Shown: piece after piece, positions 26,959 to 35,223 of the stretch
Layout of the letters: every line of letters starts with the position of its first letter
Numbering within the stretch: position 1 is the stretch's first letter
Assembly (NCBI GenBank): GCA_903873735.1
Contig: CAIQPO010000043.1
Coordinates: forward strand, 1-39,399
Length of the DNA stretch: 39,399 nt
DNA from: Candidatus Collierbacteria bacterium
GTDB lineage: Bacteria > Patescibacteriota > Microgenomatia > UBA1400 > MFAQ01
Reading direction: 5' to 3'
The notes under the pieces: model-generated
Databases searched by the model: none
What the model was told of the DNA's origin: nothing
Seen by the model: the letters and a program-made list of their open reading frames with translations, nothing else
Made by a program: the position numbers and the translations under genes

Positions 26959-27526
26959 ATTCCTGAACTTGAGAAAACCTCTTACCAATCATCACATCCA
27001 CCCCAGAAATCCACTTTTCAGCAGAACCTCCAAGCAGACTCACCTCAGGACTCATTAGATATCCTTCATTCTCCTTAACTGCTGAAAATACCGGCTCGAT
27101 CACAGACCACCTCTCCTCTGTGTCTTTGGGAGCAACATTGCTTGCCACGAATTTTTCTACTAGCTGAATTACTGGTAACCAAAGCTGGGTTGGTAATGCA
27201 CCCATTTTTTGTTTTTCTCTTACCAACTCCGCTAAAGTGGTAAAGTCTGACTTCATCTCTTCCAAATCAGGTAACCTGATCACTCCATCTGGACCCACAG
27301 GAGGCTCAATCACTTCAACAGGCAAAACTGCACTATCAGCTACAGGATCTGGAGGTAAGTAGAATTCGTCATCAGGATCAGCAATTTCTGGCTCAGGAGG
27401 AGTAGTTCTTAGTGCACAATATCCTCTAATTTTTGTCTCAAGTAATCCAATTCTATCTACAGACGCAAAAAGCTCTCCTGCTAATGAATTATCCTGCTCA
27501 CCCGCTCCCTGTGTTGTATCTGGCAT
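26957..27526 (-). CDS. Hypothetical acidic Pro-rich protein
   Basis: Host-like composition; start tentatively ATG 27526 (MPDTTQG) to avoid overlap with the divergent gene. Confidence 0.6.
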   Translation of the reverse strand: MPDTTQGAGEQDNSLAGELFASVDRIGLLETKIRGYCALRTTPPEPEIADPDDEFYLPPDPVADSAVLPVEVIEPPVGPDGVIRLPDLEEMKSDFTTLAELVREKQKMGALPTQLWLPVIQLVEKFVASNVAPKDTEERWSVIEPVFSAVKENEGYLMSPEVSLLGGSAEKWISGVDVMIGKRFSQVQE

Positions 27527-27569
27527 ATATAAGTCAATATAAACCACCTCTTTCTGATAAACTAGTCCC

Positions 27570-29684
27570 ATGGCTACTTCAGAATCAGTCTACACAAAAT
27601 ATATTCGTTTTTGTTTCTACGCTCTCCTATTTTTTACTCCCCTAATTCTCTGGACCAAAACCTCTGAAGTTTTTGAGTTTAATAAAATGCTTTTTGTTTA
27701 TGCGAGCACTGCCATTATCTCCACCCTTTGGATAATAGACTCGGCTCAAAAAGGCAAGTTCTCGCTTGTACGTACTCCACTTGATCTTCCCATTGCTCTA
27801 TTCTTAATATCTCAATCAATCTCTACCCTCACTTCAATCGACAAACATACCAGTCTCTTTGGTTATTACTCAAGATTCCACGGGGGTCTCGCATCCACCA
27901 TTTGCTACCTAATACTTTATTTCGCATTTACTTCACATTTCATCGGCAAAATTAAGGAGGTTAAACTCACCTTGTTATCGATAATTGCCTCATCTACTAT
28001 CGTCTGTGCCTACGGTATTCTTGAGCATTTCGGCATTGATAAACACATCTGGGTTCAGGATGTACAAAGTAGAGTCTTCTCGACTCTCGGGCAACCCAAC
28101 TGGCTCTCTGCATATCTCATCACTATCCTACCTCTTAACATATACTTCTATCAAAAAGCACAATCAGGTTTTCTTAAATATTTTCTTTTAGCAGCTGCCT
28201 TGTCAAACTTAGTTACCATTCTCTTTACCAAATCTAAGTCAGGAATCGGTGCCACCATCCTCACACTCCTAATTTACTTTTCCTTCCAAACTCTGAAAAA
28301 CAGACAATATCTAAAACTAAAAACTACTGCGATTATTTTGTCCTCTTTCCTTGTAATTACTTTTATCATCGGCACCCCCTGGACCTCAAACCCAGCATAC
28401 ATCAACAAGGCTCTAACATTAGGCGGTCCTACTTTTCCCTCATTTGAAAAGTACCTAAACCGTATCGGTCTCACCACCCAAGTAAAACCCATCGATACTA
28501 CAAAAATAAGCCAACAAGAGGTCAAACAACTTGATCTAGAAGCGAAGGGGATAAGAGTGGGTGGTTCTGACTCAATGGACATTAGAAAGGTAGTCTGGCA
28601 AGGAGCCATAAAACTTGGCTTAAAATATCCCTTCTTTGGTCCGGGTGTTGAGACTTTTGGTTACACCTACTACACAGTAAGGCCTGCCTCACACAACTTG
28701 CTCTCTGAATGGGATTTCTTATACAACAAAGCACACAATGAGTATCTAAACTTCCTGGCTACCACTGGCTTCATCGGTTTAGGCACTTACCTTTTCCTCA
28801 TTATCTCAACTCTATTTCTTTTGGTAAAAACAATAAAACATCCAGACTCCGGAGAGCTATCTCTTGCTCTTCTATCAGGATATATCTCCATTCTTATTAC
28901 CAACTACTATGGCTTTTCGGTTGTTAATGTGGCTTTACTATTTTTCCTTATCCCAGCCTTTATCTTTACATATTCACCTCCAAAGAATGTCTTCATATCC
29001 ACAGTTTCAATACACCTTCCATTTATCACATCCGCAATTGCCATTACCCTATTACTATTCACCCTCTACCAGACACATATCACCTGGAAAGCAGACATCA
29101 ACTACGCCACTGGCAAAGCACTAATGCAAGTCAACTATGACTATCTAGCTGACGCCATCTCTAGCCTGTCTAAAGCCGTTAACTCCAGACCAAACGAACC
29201 TGTTTTCAGATCCACCCTTGCCGAGTCTCACGCTATGGCTGCAGTCTACATTAATAGCCTACTTCAAACTCCAGAAGCCTCTGCTGCATCAACCCAACAA
29301 AAACTCAAAGAACAAAGACAGCTCTATACAAATTCCGCTATTGCCAATGCACAAGAATCTATAAAACAAAACCCGTTTCACACCAATTTTTACAAAAACA
29401 AAGCAAAAATTGAAATTATGCTAGCTAGCACCGATCCTATTTACTACGAGCAAGCAATAAAGACTTTTGAAAAGATTATTGAGCTCTCACCTACTGAAGC
29501 CAAAATGTACTACAACTTAGGACTTATACACTACACCCTAGGTAATCTAGAACAAGCCAAATCTTACTACGCCAAAGCTCTGGAACTCAAGCCAGACTAC
29601 TTCAAATGGGAAGAATTCATGAAAACACTTTCAGATAGACAAAAGGAACTAGACAAGGCAAAAACCAATAAAAAAGGCAGGTAA
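27570..29684 (+). CDS. O-antigen ligase/oligosaccharyltransferase-like membrane protein with C-terminal TPRs
   Basis: Many TMs, RVFSTLGQPNW, TKSKSG, GPGVETF, KAHNEYL; TPR YYNLGLIHYTLGNLEQAKSYYAKALELKP. Confidence 0.85.
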   Translation: MATSESVYTKYIRFCFYALLFFTPLILWTKTSEVFEFNKMLFVYASTAIISTLWIIDSAQKGKFSLVRTPLDLPIALFLISQSISTLTSIDKHTSLFGYYSRFHGGLASTICYLILYFAFTSHFIGKIKEVKLTLLSIIASSTIVCAYGILEHFGIDKHIWVQDVQSRVFSTLGQPNWLSAYLITILPLNIYFYQKAQSGFLKYFLLAAALSNLVTILFTKSKSGIGATILTLLIYFSFQTLKNRQYLKLKTTAIILSSFLVITFIIGTPWTSNPAYINKALTLGGPTFPSFEKYLNRIGLTTQVKPIDTTKISQQEVKQLDLEAKGIRVGGSDSMDIRKVVWQGAIKLGLKYPFFGPGVETFGYTYYTVRPASHNLLSEWDFLYNKAHNEYLNFLATTGFIGLGTYLFLIISTLFLLVKTIKHPDSGELSLALLSGYISILITNYYGFSVVNVALLFFLIPAFIFTYSPPKNVFISTVSIHLPFITSAIAITLLLFTLYQTHITWKADINYATGKALMQVNYDYLADAISSLSKAVNSRPNEPVFRSTLAESHAMAAVYINSLLQTPEASAASTQQKLKEQRQLYTNSAIANAQESIKQNPFHTNFYKNKAKIEIMLASTDPIYYEQAIKTFEKIIELSPTEAKMYYNLGLIHYTLGNLEQAKSYYAKALELKPDYFKWEEFMKTLSDRQKELDKAKTNKKGR

Positions 29685-29694
29685 TTTACCTGCC
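29670..29694 (-). terminator. Intrinsic terminator, cassette 11
   Basis: GGCAGGTAA/TTACCTGCC stem plus T run on minus; overlaps the 3' end of the convergent gene. Confidence 0.75.
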
Positions 29695-29695
29695 A

Positions 29696-30061
29696 TCACC
29701 TACCCACCTGCCTTAGGAAAAACAAATAATCCTTCCAAGTCAGTGCTACTACCACCGTATCATTTTGCCTTAACACCTTTATGTCGGCTGTTGGGTATGT
29801 TTCAATAAATTGCGTAAGCTGCCCCTCAGTCATCATTATAAAAAACATCGCCACTAATCTTTCAGGAAAGACCTCCACCACACAGCCAATTCTCACAAAT
29901 CCAGCCAGGTTTTCAATCTTTCGAGTCCCGATCAAACCCTTCATATTTTTACGACCCCACACAGCCTTACCCGCAAGCGATGCCCTTTTAACATACAGCA
30001 TCAACTGCCTGTCGGTCTCTTCCCTTTTACTACCAGAAAGAAAAACTTTCTCTCTTATCAT
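29696..30061 (-). CDS. Cassette 11 cargo: hypothetical protein (121 aa)
   Basis: GGAGG SD, -10, boxA-like motif and terminator. Confidence 0.7.
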   Translation of the reverse strand: MIREKVFLSGSKREETDRQLMLYVKRASLAGKAVWGRKNMKGLIGTRKIENLAGFVRIGCVVEVFPERLVAMFFIMMTEGQLTQFIETYPTADIKVLRQNDTVVVALTWKDYLFFLRQVGR

Positions 30062-30066
30062 TTTCG

Positions 30067-30112
30067 CCTCCGTCGTGTCTAAAGTTTCTCAATGTTCGAT
30101 TTGTATATTCTA
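30067..30112 (-). promoter_or_regulatory. Cassette 11 -10 box + boxA-like motif + SD
   Basis: TAGAAT (30112-30107); CGAACATTGAG (30098-30088); GGAGG (30071-30067). Confidence 0.65.
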
Positions 30113-30176
30113 AACTCCATCTATTACATTAACAACCCCACATTACAGGGTATTTGGTAAAATATATTATTCCGAT

Positions 30177-30713
30177 ATGAAAATTCTTGTATCACCAGAC
30201 CCATTTCTAAAAATTGTAGCCAAGCCGGTTGAAAAGATTGATAAGAAACTTCTAGACCAGCTTAGCGACATGACTCAAACCCTAAAACAGGCTCAAGACC
30301 CGGAGGGTGTTGGCTTGGCAGCTACACAGGTAGGTATTGATAAGAGACTCTTCATTCTCAATCTCCACAACCAAATAGAAGTCATCATAAATCCCAAAAT
30401 CATCCAAGTTTCCGAAGCAAAACTATCAGAAATCTACACCAAGAAAAAGGACAGGTGGCTTGAAGGCTGTCTTTCACTTCCCCAAATCTGGGGTTTCGTA
30501 GACAGACCTTTCTGGGTAGATATTGAATACCAAACAATCAAAAACAACCAGCTTGTTTCAAAAACCAGAAGATTTGAAGGGGTTGAGTCATCCTATGCTC
30601 TACATGAATATGACCATCTGGATGGAATTCTTTTCACCGATAGGATTCTTGAACAAAAAGGCATTATCTATCAAGAAACGGAACACGGCTTATCTCCCAT
30701 AGACTTGATATAA
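30177..30713 (+). CDS. def: Peptide deformylase
   Basis: GVGLAATQVG, EGCLS, HEYDHLDG. Confidence 0.97.
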   Translation: MKILVSPDPFLKIVAKPVEKIDKKLLDQLSDMTQTLKQAQDPEGVGLAATQVGIDKRLFILNLHNQIEVIINPKIIQVSEAKLSEIYTKKKDRWLEGCLSLPQIWGFVDRPFWVDIEYQTIKNNQLVSKTRRFEGVESSYALHEYDHLDGILFTDRILEQKGIIYQETEHGLSPIDLI

Positions 30714-30736
30714 AAAATCCCCGCCTGAAGCGGGGA
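30712..30736 (-). terminator. Intrinsic terminator, cassette 12
   Basis: TCCCCGC-5 nt-GCGGGGA plus T run on minus, abutting the def stop. Confidence 0.8.
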
Positions 30737-30741
30737 ATCTC

Positions 30742-31230
30742 TTACCAGAGCACGACAAAGGAGACAAATAACCATACAGCCAAGAGGAGAAACGTGATAA
30801 ACATCGTAAACTCTGATGTTCCCACTTGACCCACCTGGTTAGTGGCAGTAAGCTCCACTGGGTTGTCAGCATTTACCACCTTGATGTACACATCGGTGGA
30901 ACATTTTTCTACTACCACCACCGTCCCTGGTCTAAGTACCAGCGAAGAGGTGTAGCCGTAAGGCGCACCACCTTCTGCCCGAGTTGAATCGATGTATTCA
31001 CCGTCAACCTTAAGCAAAAAAGTGTCACGGCTCACAATTGTTACCGACAGCTCCTCTTCGCGTTGTGGGTTGGCGTATGATACTGTCACTTTGCTACCAA
31101 CCCCAAGCTCCATAGATAAGTCGTGCCCGACCTGGTGACCGTTTTTGGTGGCATAAGACACACCACCCAAGAAAACGACAATCACCGCAGCTACAAATAC
31201 GAAGGTAAGCAATTTTTCCCAGAATTTCAA
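30742..31230 (-). CDS. Cassette 12 cargo: membrane protein with N- and C-terminal TM helices (162 aa, TTG start)
   Basis: AAGGAGG SD; hydrophobic termini around a beta-rich domain; antisense between def and fmt. Confidence 0.8.
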   Translation of the reverse strand: MKFWEKLLTFVFVAAVIVVFLGGVSYATKNGHQVGHDLSMELGVGSKVTVSYANPQREEELSVTIVSRDTFLLKVDGEYIDSTRAEGGAPYGYTSSLVLRPGTVVVVEKCSTDVYIKVVNADNPVELTATNQVGQVGTSEFTMFITFLLLAVWLFVSFVVLW

Positions 31231-31235
31231 AACAG

Positions 31236-31292
31236 CCTCCTTAATGTACGATATTTACCCTATAGAATATCACAGGTATAATATATTTGCAA
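31236..31292 (-). promoter_or_regulatory. Cassette 12 promoter + boxA-like motif + SD
   Basis: TTGCAA(31292-31287)-17-TATTCT(31269-31264) with extended TG; CGTACATTAAG (31250-31240); GGAGG (31240-31236). Confidence 0.7.
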
Positions 31293-32179
31293 TGAAAAAG
31301 AACTTAGTCTATTTTGGCTCACCCCAATTCTCTGCAGAAATTCTCGAAAGCCTCCTTACCAACCCCGAAATTAATTTGGTGGGTATTGTCACTCAAAAGG
31401 ATAAACCAGTAGGTAGAAAACAAATTATTACACCATCACCTGTATCCCAAACTGCCGAAAAACACCAACTACCCACATTCAAACCAGACAGGCTAGACGA
31501 TGCAAACTTGGCTCACATTAAACTTCTCAAGCCAGATATCTTTCTTGTCGTTTCTTATGGCAAAATTATTCCACAATCCTGGCTAGATTGTCCCAAAGTT
31601 GGCACTTTCAATGTTCATTTTTCACTCCTTCCCAAGTATAGAGGCGCTTTGTGTATCAGCGAAGCCATCAAAAACCAAGACAAAGAAACAGGGGTCACCT
31701 TAATGGAGATGGACAGTAAACTCGATCACGGCAATATCATCTCCCAATCCTCAATCACCATTGATACCCATGACGACTACGCTACTCTGTCCACAAAACT
31801 TACTCAAGAAGCCATTAAAATTATCGAGCGTAAATTACCCGAAATCTGTGCTCAAAAATATCACTCACTACCCCAAGATGAGTCACTGGCCACTTACACC
31901 CCACTCCACAAAAACATCACCAGACAAGATTCATATATTCCTCTCACTACGTTACTCAAAGCCACTGATGGAATAGGCAGCTCCGAGACCTATGCCCTAA
32001 TCAGATCCCTATCCCCGGAACCGGGTGCGTGGACCACAGTGCAGGGAAAAGACTTAAAAATCATAAGTTGTACCCTTATAGATAGAAAGTTAGTCTTGAA
32101 CCAGGTTCAACTTAGTGGCAAGCAACCAATCAGCTGGAAACAATTTTCTGCAGGATACAAATCAACTTTCAAAGCTTAA
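31292..32179 (+). CDS. fmt: Methionyl-tRNA formyltransferase
   Basis: YFGSPQFS, VTQKDKPVGR, VVSYGKII, NVHFSLLPKYRGA, TGVTLMEMD; start at ATG 31292. Confidence 0.95.
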   Translation: MKKNLVYFGSPQFSAEILESLLTNPEINLVGIVTQKDKPVGRKQIITPSPVSQTAEKHQLPTFKPDRLDDANLAHIKLLKPDIFLVVSYGKIIPQSWLDCPKVGTFNVHFSLLPKYRGALCISEAIKNQDKETGVTLMEMDSKLDHGNIISQSSITIDTHDDYATLSTKLTQEAIKIIERKLPEICAQKYHSLPQDESLATYTPLHKNITRQDSYIPLTTLLKATDGIGSSETYALIRSLSPEPGAWTTVQGKDLKIISCTLIDRKLVLNQVQLSGKQPISWKQFSAGYKSTFKA

Positions 32180-32841
32180 GTCAGAATTATCTTCGCCGCC
32201 AATCTCTGCATACGCTTAGGATCATCACCAAACATCTCAGCTTCGTAGTTTACATTCAAACTAGACTCAACACCCACGAGCTTTGTTCTCTTACCATCAG
32301 ACTCTCCAAACGCCACCAATAAATCATCACCATAATCAGTAATCTCAAAAGACATCTCCTCCCCCTTCACTCCAAACACCCCAGACATAGACTGTCTCAA
32401 ATTATCAAAAGATACAGTTCTAACTACCTCTGGATCTTCATCAGACAACAAGTCAGCCATGGTAATTTCCATTATCTTCTCATCAAACATTATCGTCACA
32501 TAAAAATCTACCTTTTCCTTAATCATCCATCTCAAAAAATCCAAAACTTTCTTCCCACCACAAGGCATAGTCTCAACCTCCTTTGCATTCATACTGGAAA
32601 GATATGGCCTCAAATTTACCGACATCGTAGCCAGACTTCCATCATCCAAATACTGATAAATCAGACCGAATTCAGGAAAACTAGTTAGTAGTGAACCATC
32701 ATCCAAAATTTCACCCACCATCTCACCATGCCTAGTGTAAGCTACTATTCCACCTTCATCAGTGTAAGCGAACAAGCTACCACCGGTTTCTGGACCAGAA
32801 CTATTTGGCAGATTATTGAAATCCTCTTTATTTCGCGGCAT
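32176..32841 (-). CDS. Hypothetical acidic protein (221 aa)
   Basis: Overlaps the rpmB end; host-like composition. Confidence 0.65.
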   Translation of the reverse strand: MPRNKEDFNNLPNSSGPETGGSLFAYTDEGGIVAYTRHGEMVGEILDDGSLLTSFPEFGLIYQYLDDGSLATMSVNLRPYLSSMNAKEVETMPCGGKKVLDFLRWMIKEKVDFYVTIMFDEKIMEITMADLLSDEDPEVVRTVSFDNLRQSMSGVFGVKGEEMSFEITDYGDDLLVAFGESDGKRTKLVGVESSLNVNYEAEMFGDDPKRMQRLAAKIILT

Positions 32842-33061
32842 TAACCTTTTGAGCTTCTCGCTCTGATTGTCTTATCGATCTTTTACAGATCGTGCAAACT
32901 TTTATCTTCAATCTCTTACCTTCAATAACAAGGTGATGAACGTGAAGATTTGGTTTTCTTACATGCTTAACTCTTCTCTTGGAAAAGCTAACTAAATTTG
33001 CAGTCTGAATTCCCTTTCCGCAAATTGCACATTCGTATCTGGAATAAGTTGTTTGTTTCAT
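32828..33061 (-). CDS. rpmB: 50S ribosomal protein bL28 (CxxC...CxxC form)
   Basis: CAICGKG, NLVSFSKRRVK, KPNL, IKVCTICKR; start at ATG 33061. Confidence 0.9.
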   Translation of the reverse strand: MKQTTYSRYECAICGKGIQTANLVSFSKRRVKHVRKPNLHVHHLVIEGKRLKIKVCTICKRSIRQSEREAQKVNAAK

Positions 33062-33116
33062 AAAGCTCCCCAATTTTATCACAACAGCCTCACATAAGGT
33101 ATACTTTATTGGATAT

Positions 33117-33734
33117 ATGATTTCACAATTATTTTCGTCGCCAGTATTTTTTGTCCTATACTTTATCAGCTTGCTAATAGCGATAACCATTCATGAGTTT
33201 TCTCACGCATTAGCAGCCGACAGACTTGGTGACCCTACACCTAGGTCACAAGGCAGACTTACACTTAATCCCCTGAAGCATCTTGACCCAATAGGTACTA
33301 TCTCTATGCTCCTTGTTGGCTTTGGTTGGGGTAGACCAGTAGAATTTGATCCCTACAATCTCGACAAGCCCAGAAGAGACGCAGCAATCATTTCACTCGC
33401 TGGTCCGGTTAGTAATATTCTTCTAGCAATAGCCTTTTCTCTAGTTCTAAAATTTTTTCCTCAAAGTCTTGTGATTAGCCTACTATCTTATTCCATCATC
33501 ACCATTAATGTATCTCTTGCAATCTTCAACCTAGTACCAATTGGTCCTCTCGATGGTCAAAAAATCCTATCTGGAATTCTCCCAAGAGATCTTGCCTATG
33601 AGTTTGAAGCTATCATGCATCGTTATGGTACACTCCTACTTCTACTCTTTATAGTTCCCTCGTTTGGCGGTCAAACGCCAATCCACAGTCTTATCAGTCC
33701 AATCATCGGAGCTATACTCAAACTTCTAGTTTAA
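33117..33734 (+). CDS. Site-2 protease (M50) family protein
   Basis: HEFSH, GDPTP, GRLTLNPLKHLDP, SLAGPVSN, FNLVPIGPLDG. Confidence 0.93.
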   Translation: MISQLFSSPVFFVLYFISLLIAITIHEFSHALAADRLGDPTPRSQGRLTLNPLKHLDPIGTISMLLVGFGWGRPVEFDPYNLDKPRRDAAIISLAGPVSNILLAIAFSLVLKFFPQSLVISLLSYSIITINVSLAIFNLVPIGPLDGQKILSGILPRDLAYEFEAIMHRYGTLLLLLFIVPSFGGQTPIHSLISPIIGAILKLLV

Positions 33735-34348
33735 AGACTTCTTCTCCTCGAAAGGAAGCTAAACACTCCCACAATTAAAAGTAAGGCACCAAATCCGAGT
33801 AAGACAATTTTAAACACAGCTCCTAGGGTAGAACCCAAGCCGCCCTGCTCTGCTTCTTCAACTTGTTCATCTTTTGGAGTAATCACCGCTTTTTTCTGTG
33901 TTGGTGTAGGAGTAATCAAAGACTCTGCTGGAGATACACCTGCTCCAAAATCAATATCTCTGACCTGACCAATGAGTAATACATCTTCTGACGGTTTAGT
34001 CACGTAGCCATCTCTTTCTACGGTAACAAACAGCTTGCTAAATTTCTGATCAACTTGTCCATAAAACTTACCATTTATCACCTCTCCCAATCTCCTAACC
34101 CTTTCTCCCTCATCAGACATCCACAACACATATCTATTTTTTTCAGGAGTCAATGCAATTTTTAGATCACGACAGGTTGCCATGATCTTGTAAACATTAT
34201 CAATAAATACCGAGGCAGCGAAACATGCTCCACCACTACCATTACTACGTAAATCTGCAATGCCTTCACTGGCATTTATCTTAGATGGCATCAACCCCAT
34301 CACCACAAAAAATAAAAATGCCGACAGAAACATTCTTTTCTTATCCAT
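33731..34348 (-). CDS. Exported protein with signal peptide, PTPT linker and C-terminal membrane anchor
   Basis: MDKKRMFLSAFLFFVVMGL...; TPTPT; C-terminal TM followed by SRRRSL; start at ATG 34348. Confidence 0.75.
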   Translation of the reverse strand: MDKKRMFLSAFLFFVVMGLMPSKINASEGIADLRSNGSGGACFAASVFIDNVYKIMATCRDLKIALTPEKNRYVLWMSDEGERVRRLGEVINGKFYGQVDQKFSKLFVTVERDGYVTKPSEDVLLIGQVRDIDFGAGVSPAESLITPTPTQKKAVITPKDEQVEEAEQGGLGSTLGAVFKIVLLGFGALLLIVGVFSFLSRRRSL

Positions 34349-34365
34349 AACCACAATTTTACACC

Positions 34366-34395
34366 AAAAAAATCCCTACCAAAGTTGGTAGGGAT
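34366..34395 (-). terminator. Intrinsic terminator, cassette 13
   Basis: ATCCCTACCAA/TTGGTAGGGAT stem plus T run on minus. Confidence 0.85.
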
Positions 34396-34414
34396 CATCT
34401 CACAAGCGGAGGGG

Positions 34415-35149
34415 CTAATACTCACCACGGGACTCAGCCAACTCACGATCGCGACGACGCTTTTTGGAGCCGTCATGACCACGTTCGTCAGCATATTCTC
34501 CCGTTTGAGAGCCACCCTTCTTGCCGCCCTTTTTGCCGCCCTTCTTGCCCTTCGGCTTGTCAGCCATGGGGGCGTCATTTGGGGCGACAGTCGCAACCGG
34601 AGCTGCCGGCTTCTTCTCGTCGGGCTTGTTGTAGCATACCCGGCAGAAGCGGAAGGGGCGGGCGCCGTCTTTGCGAGGCGGGATGGGTTCGCCACAGTCC
34701 TGGCAGAAGCCACCGTCCCATTGGAAAGTAGCCATCTCCTGCGAGATGTCGGTGATCAGCTTGACCACCTTGGTCGCCTCTGCTTTCGCCTCAGCAGCAC
34801 GAACCCGCAACAGGTCGTGGTAAGCCACATCAGCTTCGACCACCCTGTCGCGAAATGCCAGGTCAAAGAGCGCTTGGCCTTTGTGGCCCTTGGCGTTCTC
34901 TTCCCGGACAAATTCGGCGGCCTGGTCGAGAAGCTTGTAGTAGGCTTCCGTGGCCAGCTCGAGATCCGGCAGCTTGGCTGCAAAGCGCTTGATCGCGCCG
35001 TGCACGTCAAGCAGCTGCTGCACCGAGGCCGCGTCCTTAGCTACCTGCATTTTCTTCCAGTAGTGGGATTTTACCCCTTCATACTGAGCAGGAAGGTCCT
35101 CGATGGCCTTGATGATCTGCGACACGATGCGATCGATTCTTTCAGGCAT
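34415..35149 (-). CDS. Cassette 13 cargo: helical protein with DksA/TraR-type C4 zinc finger and Lys/Gly-rich tail (244 aa)
   Basis: Start ATG 35149 after AAGGAG; GFCQDCGEPIPPRKDGARPFRFCRVC; KPKGKKGGKKGGKKGG; markedly GC-rich. Confidence 0.8.
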   Translation of the reverse strand: MPERIDRIVSQIIKAIEDLPAQYEGVKSHYWKKMQVAKDAASVQQLLDVHGAIKRFAAKLPDLELATEAYYKLLDQAAEFVREENAKGHKGQALFDLAFRDRVVEADVAYHDLLRVRAAEAKAEATKVVKLITDISQEMATFQWDGGFCQDCGEPIPPRKDGARPFRFCRVCYNKPDEKKPAAPVATVAPNDAPMADKPKGKKGGKKGGKKGGSQTGEYADERGHDGSKKRRRDRELAESRGEY

Positions 35150-35157
35150 AGTCTCAT

Positions 35158-35222
35158 CTCCTTTGTGAAATAGGTGAATGTGCAAGTGGGAATATATTAC
35201 TCCTATAGGTTTATATTGTCAA
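35158..35222 (-). promoter_or_regulatory. Cassette 13 promoter + boxA-like motif + SD
   Basis: TTGACA(35222-35217, 1 nt after the Elp3 stop)-17-TAATAT(35199-35194); TGCACATTCAC (35184-35174); GGAG (35161-35158). Confidence 0.75.
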
Positions 35223-35223
35223 G

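Noticed and set aside
15788-27563. Identical 12-mer TTCTGATAAACT before thyX and before the ligase-like gene as a shared operator
   Set aside because: It coincides with the extended -10 element (TGnTAAACT) of two apparently leaderless genes; two copies are too few to claim a regulon.
34510-34555. Short tandem repeat (CCGCCCTT units) as CRISPR or a contingency repeat
   Set aside because: It encodes the GKKG repeats of the cassette 13 protein; no spacer structure or cas genes are present.
34385-35173. 262-aa plus-strand ORF, and 34300-34713 on minus
   Set aside because: Shadows of the GC-rich cassette 13 gene, which has the promoter, SD, terminator and zinc-finger motif.
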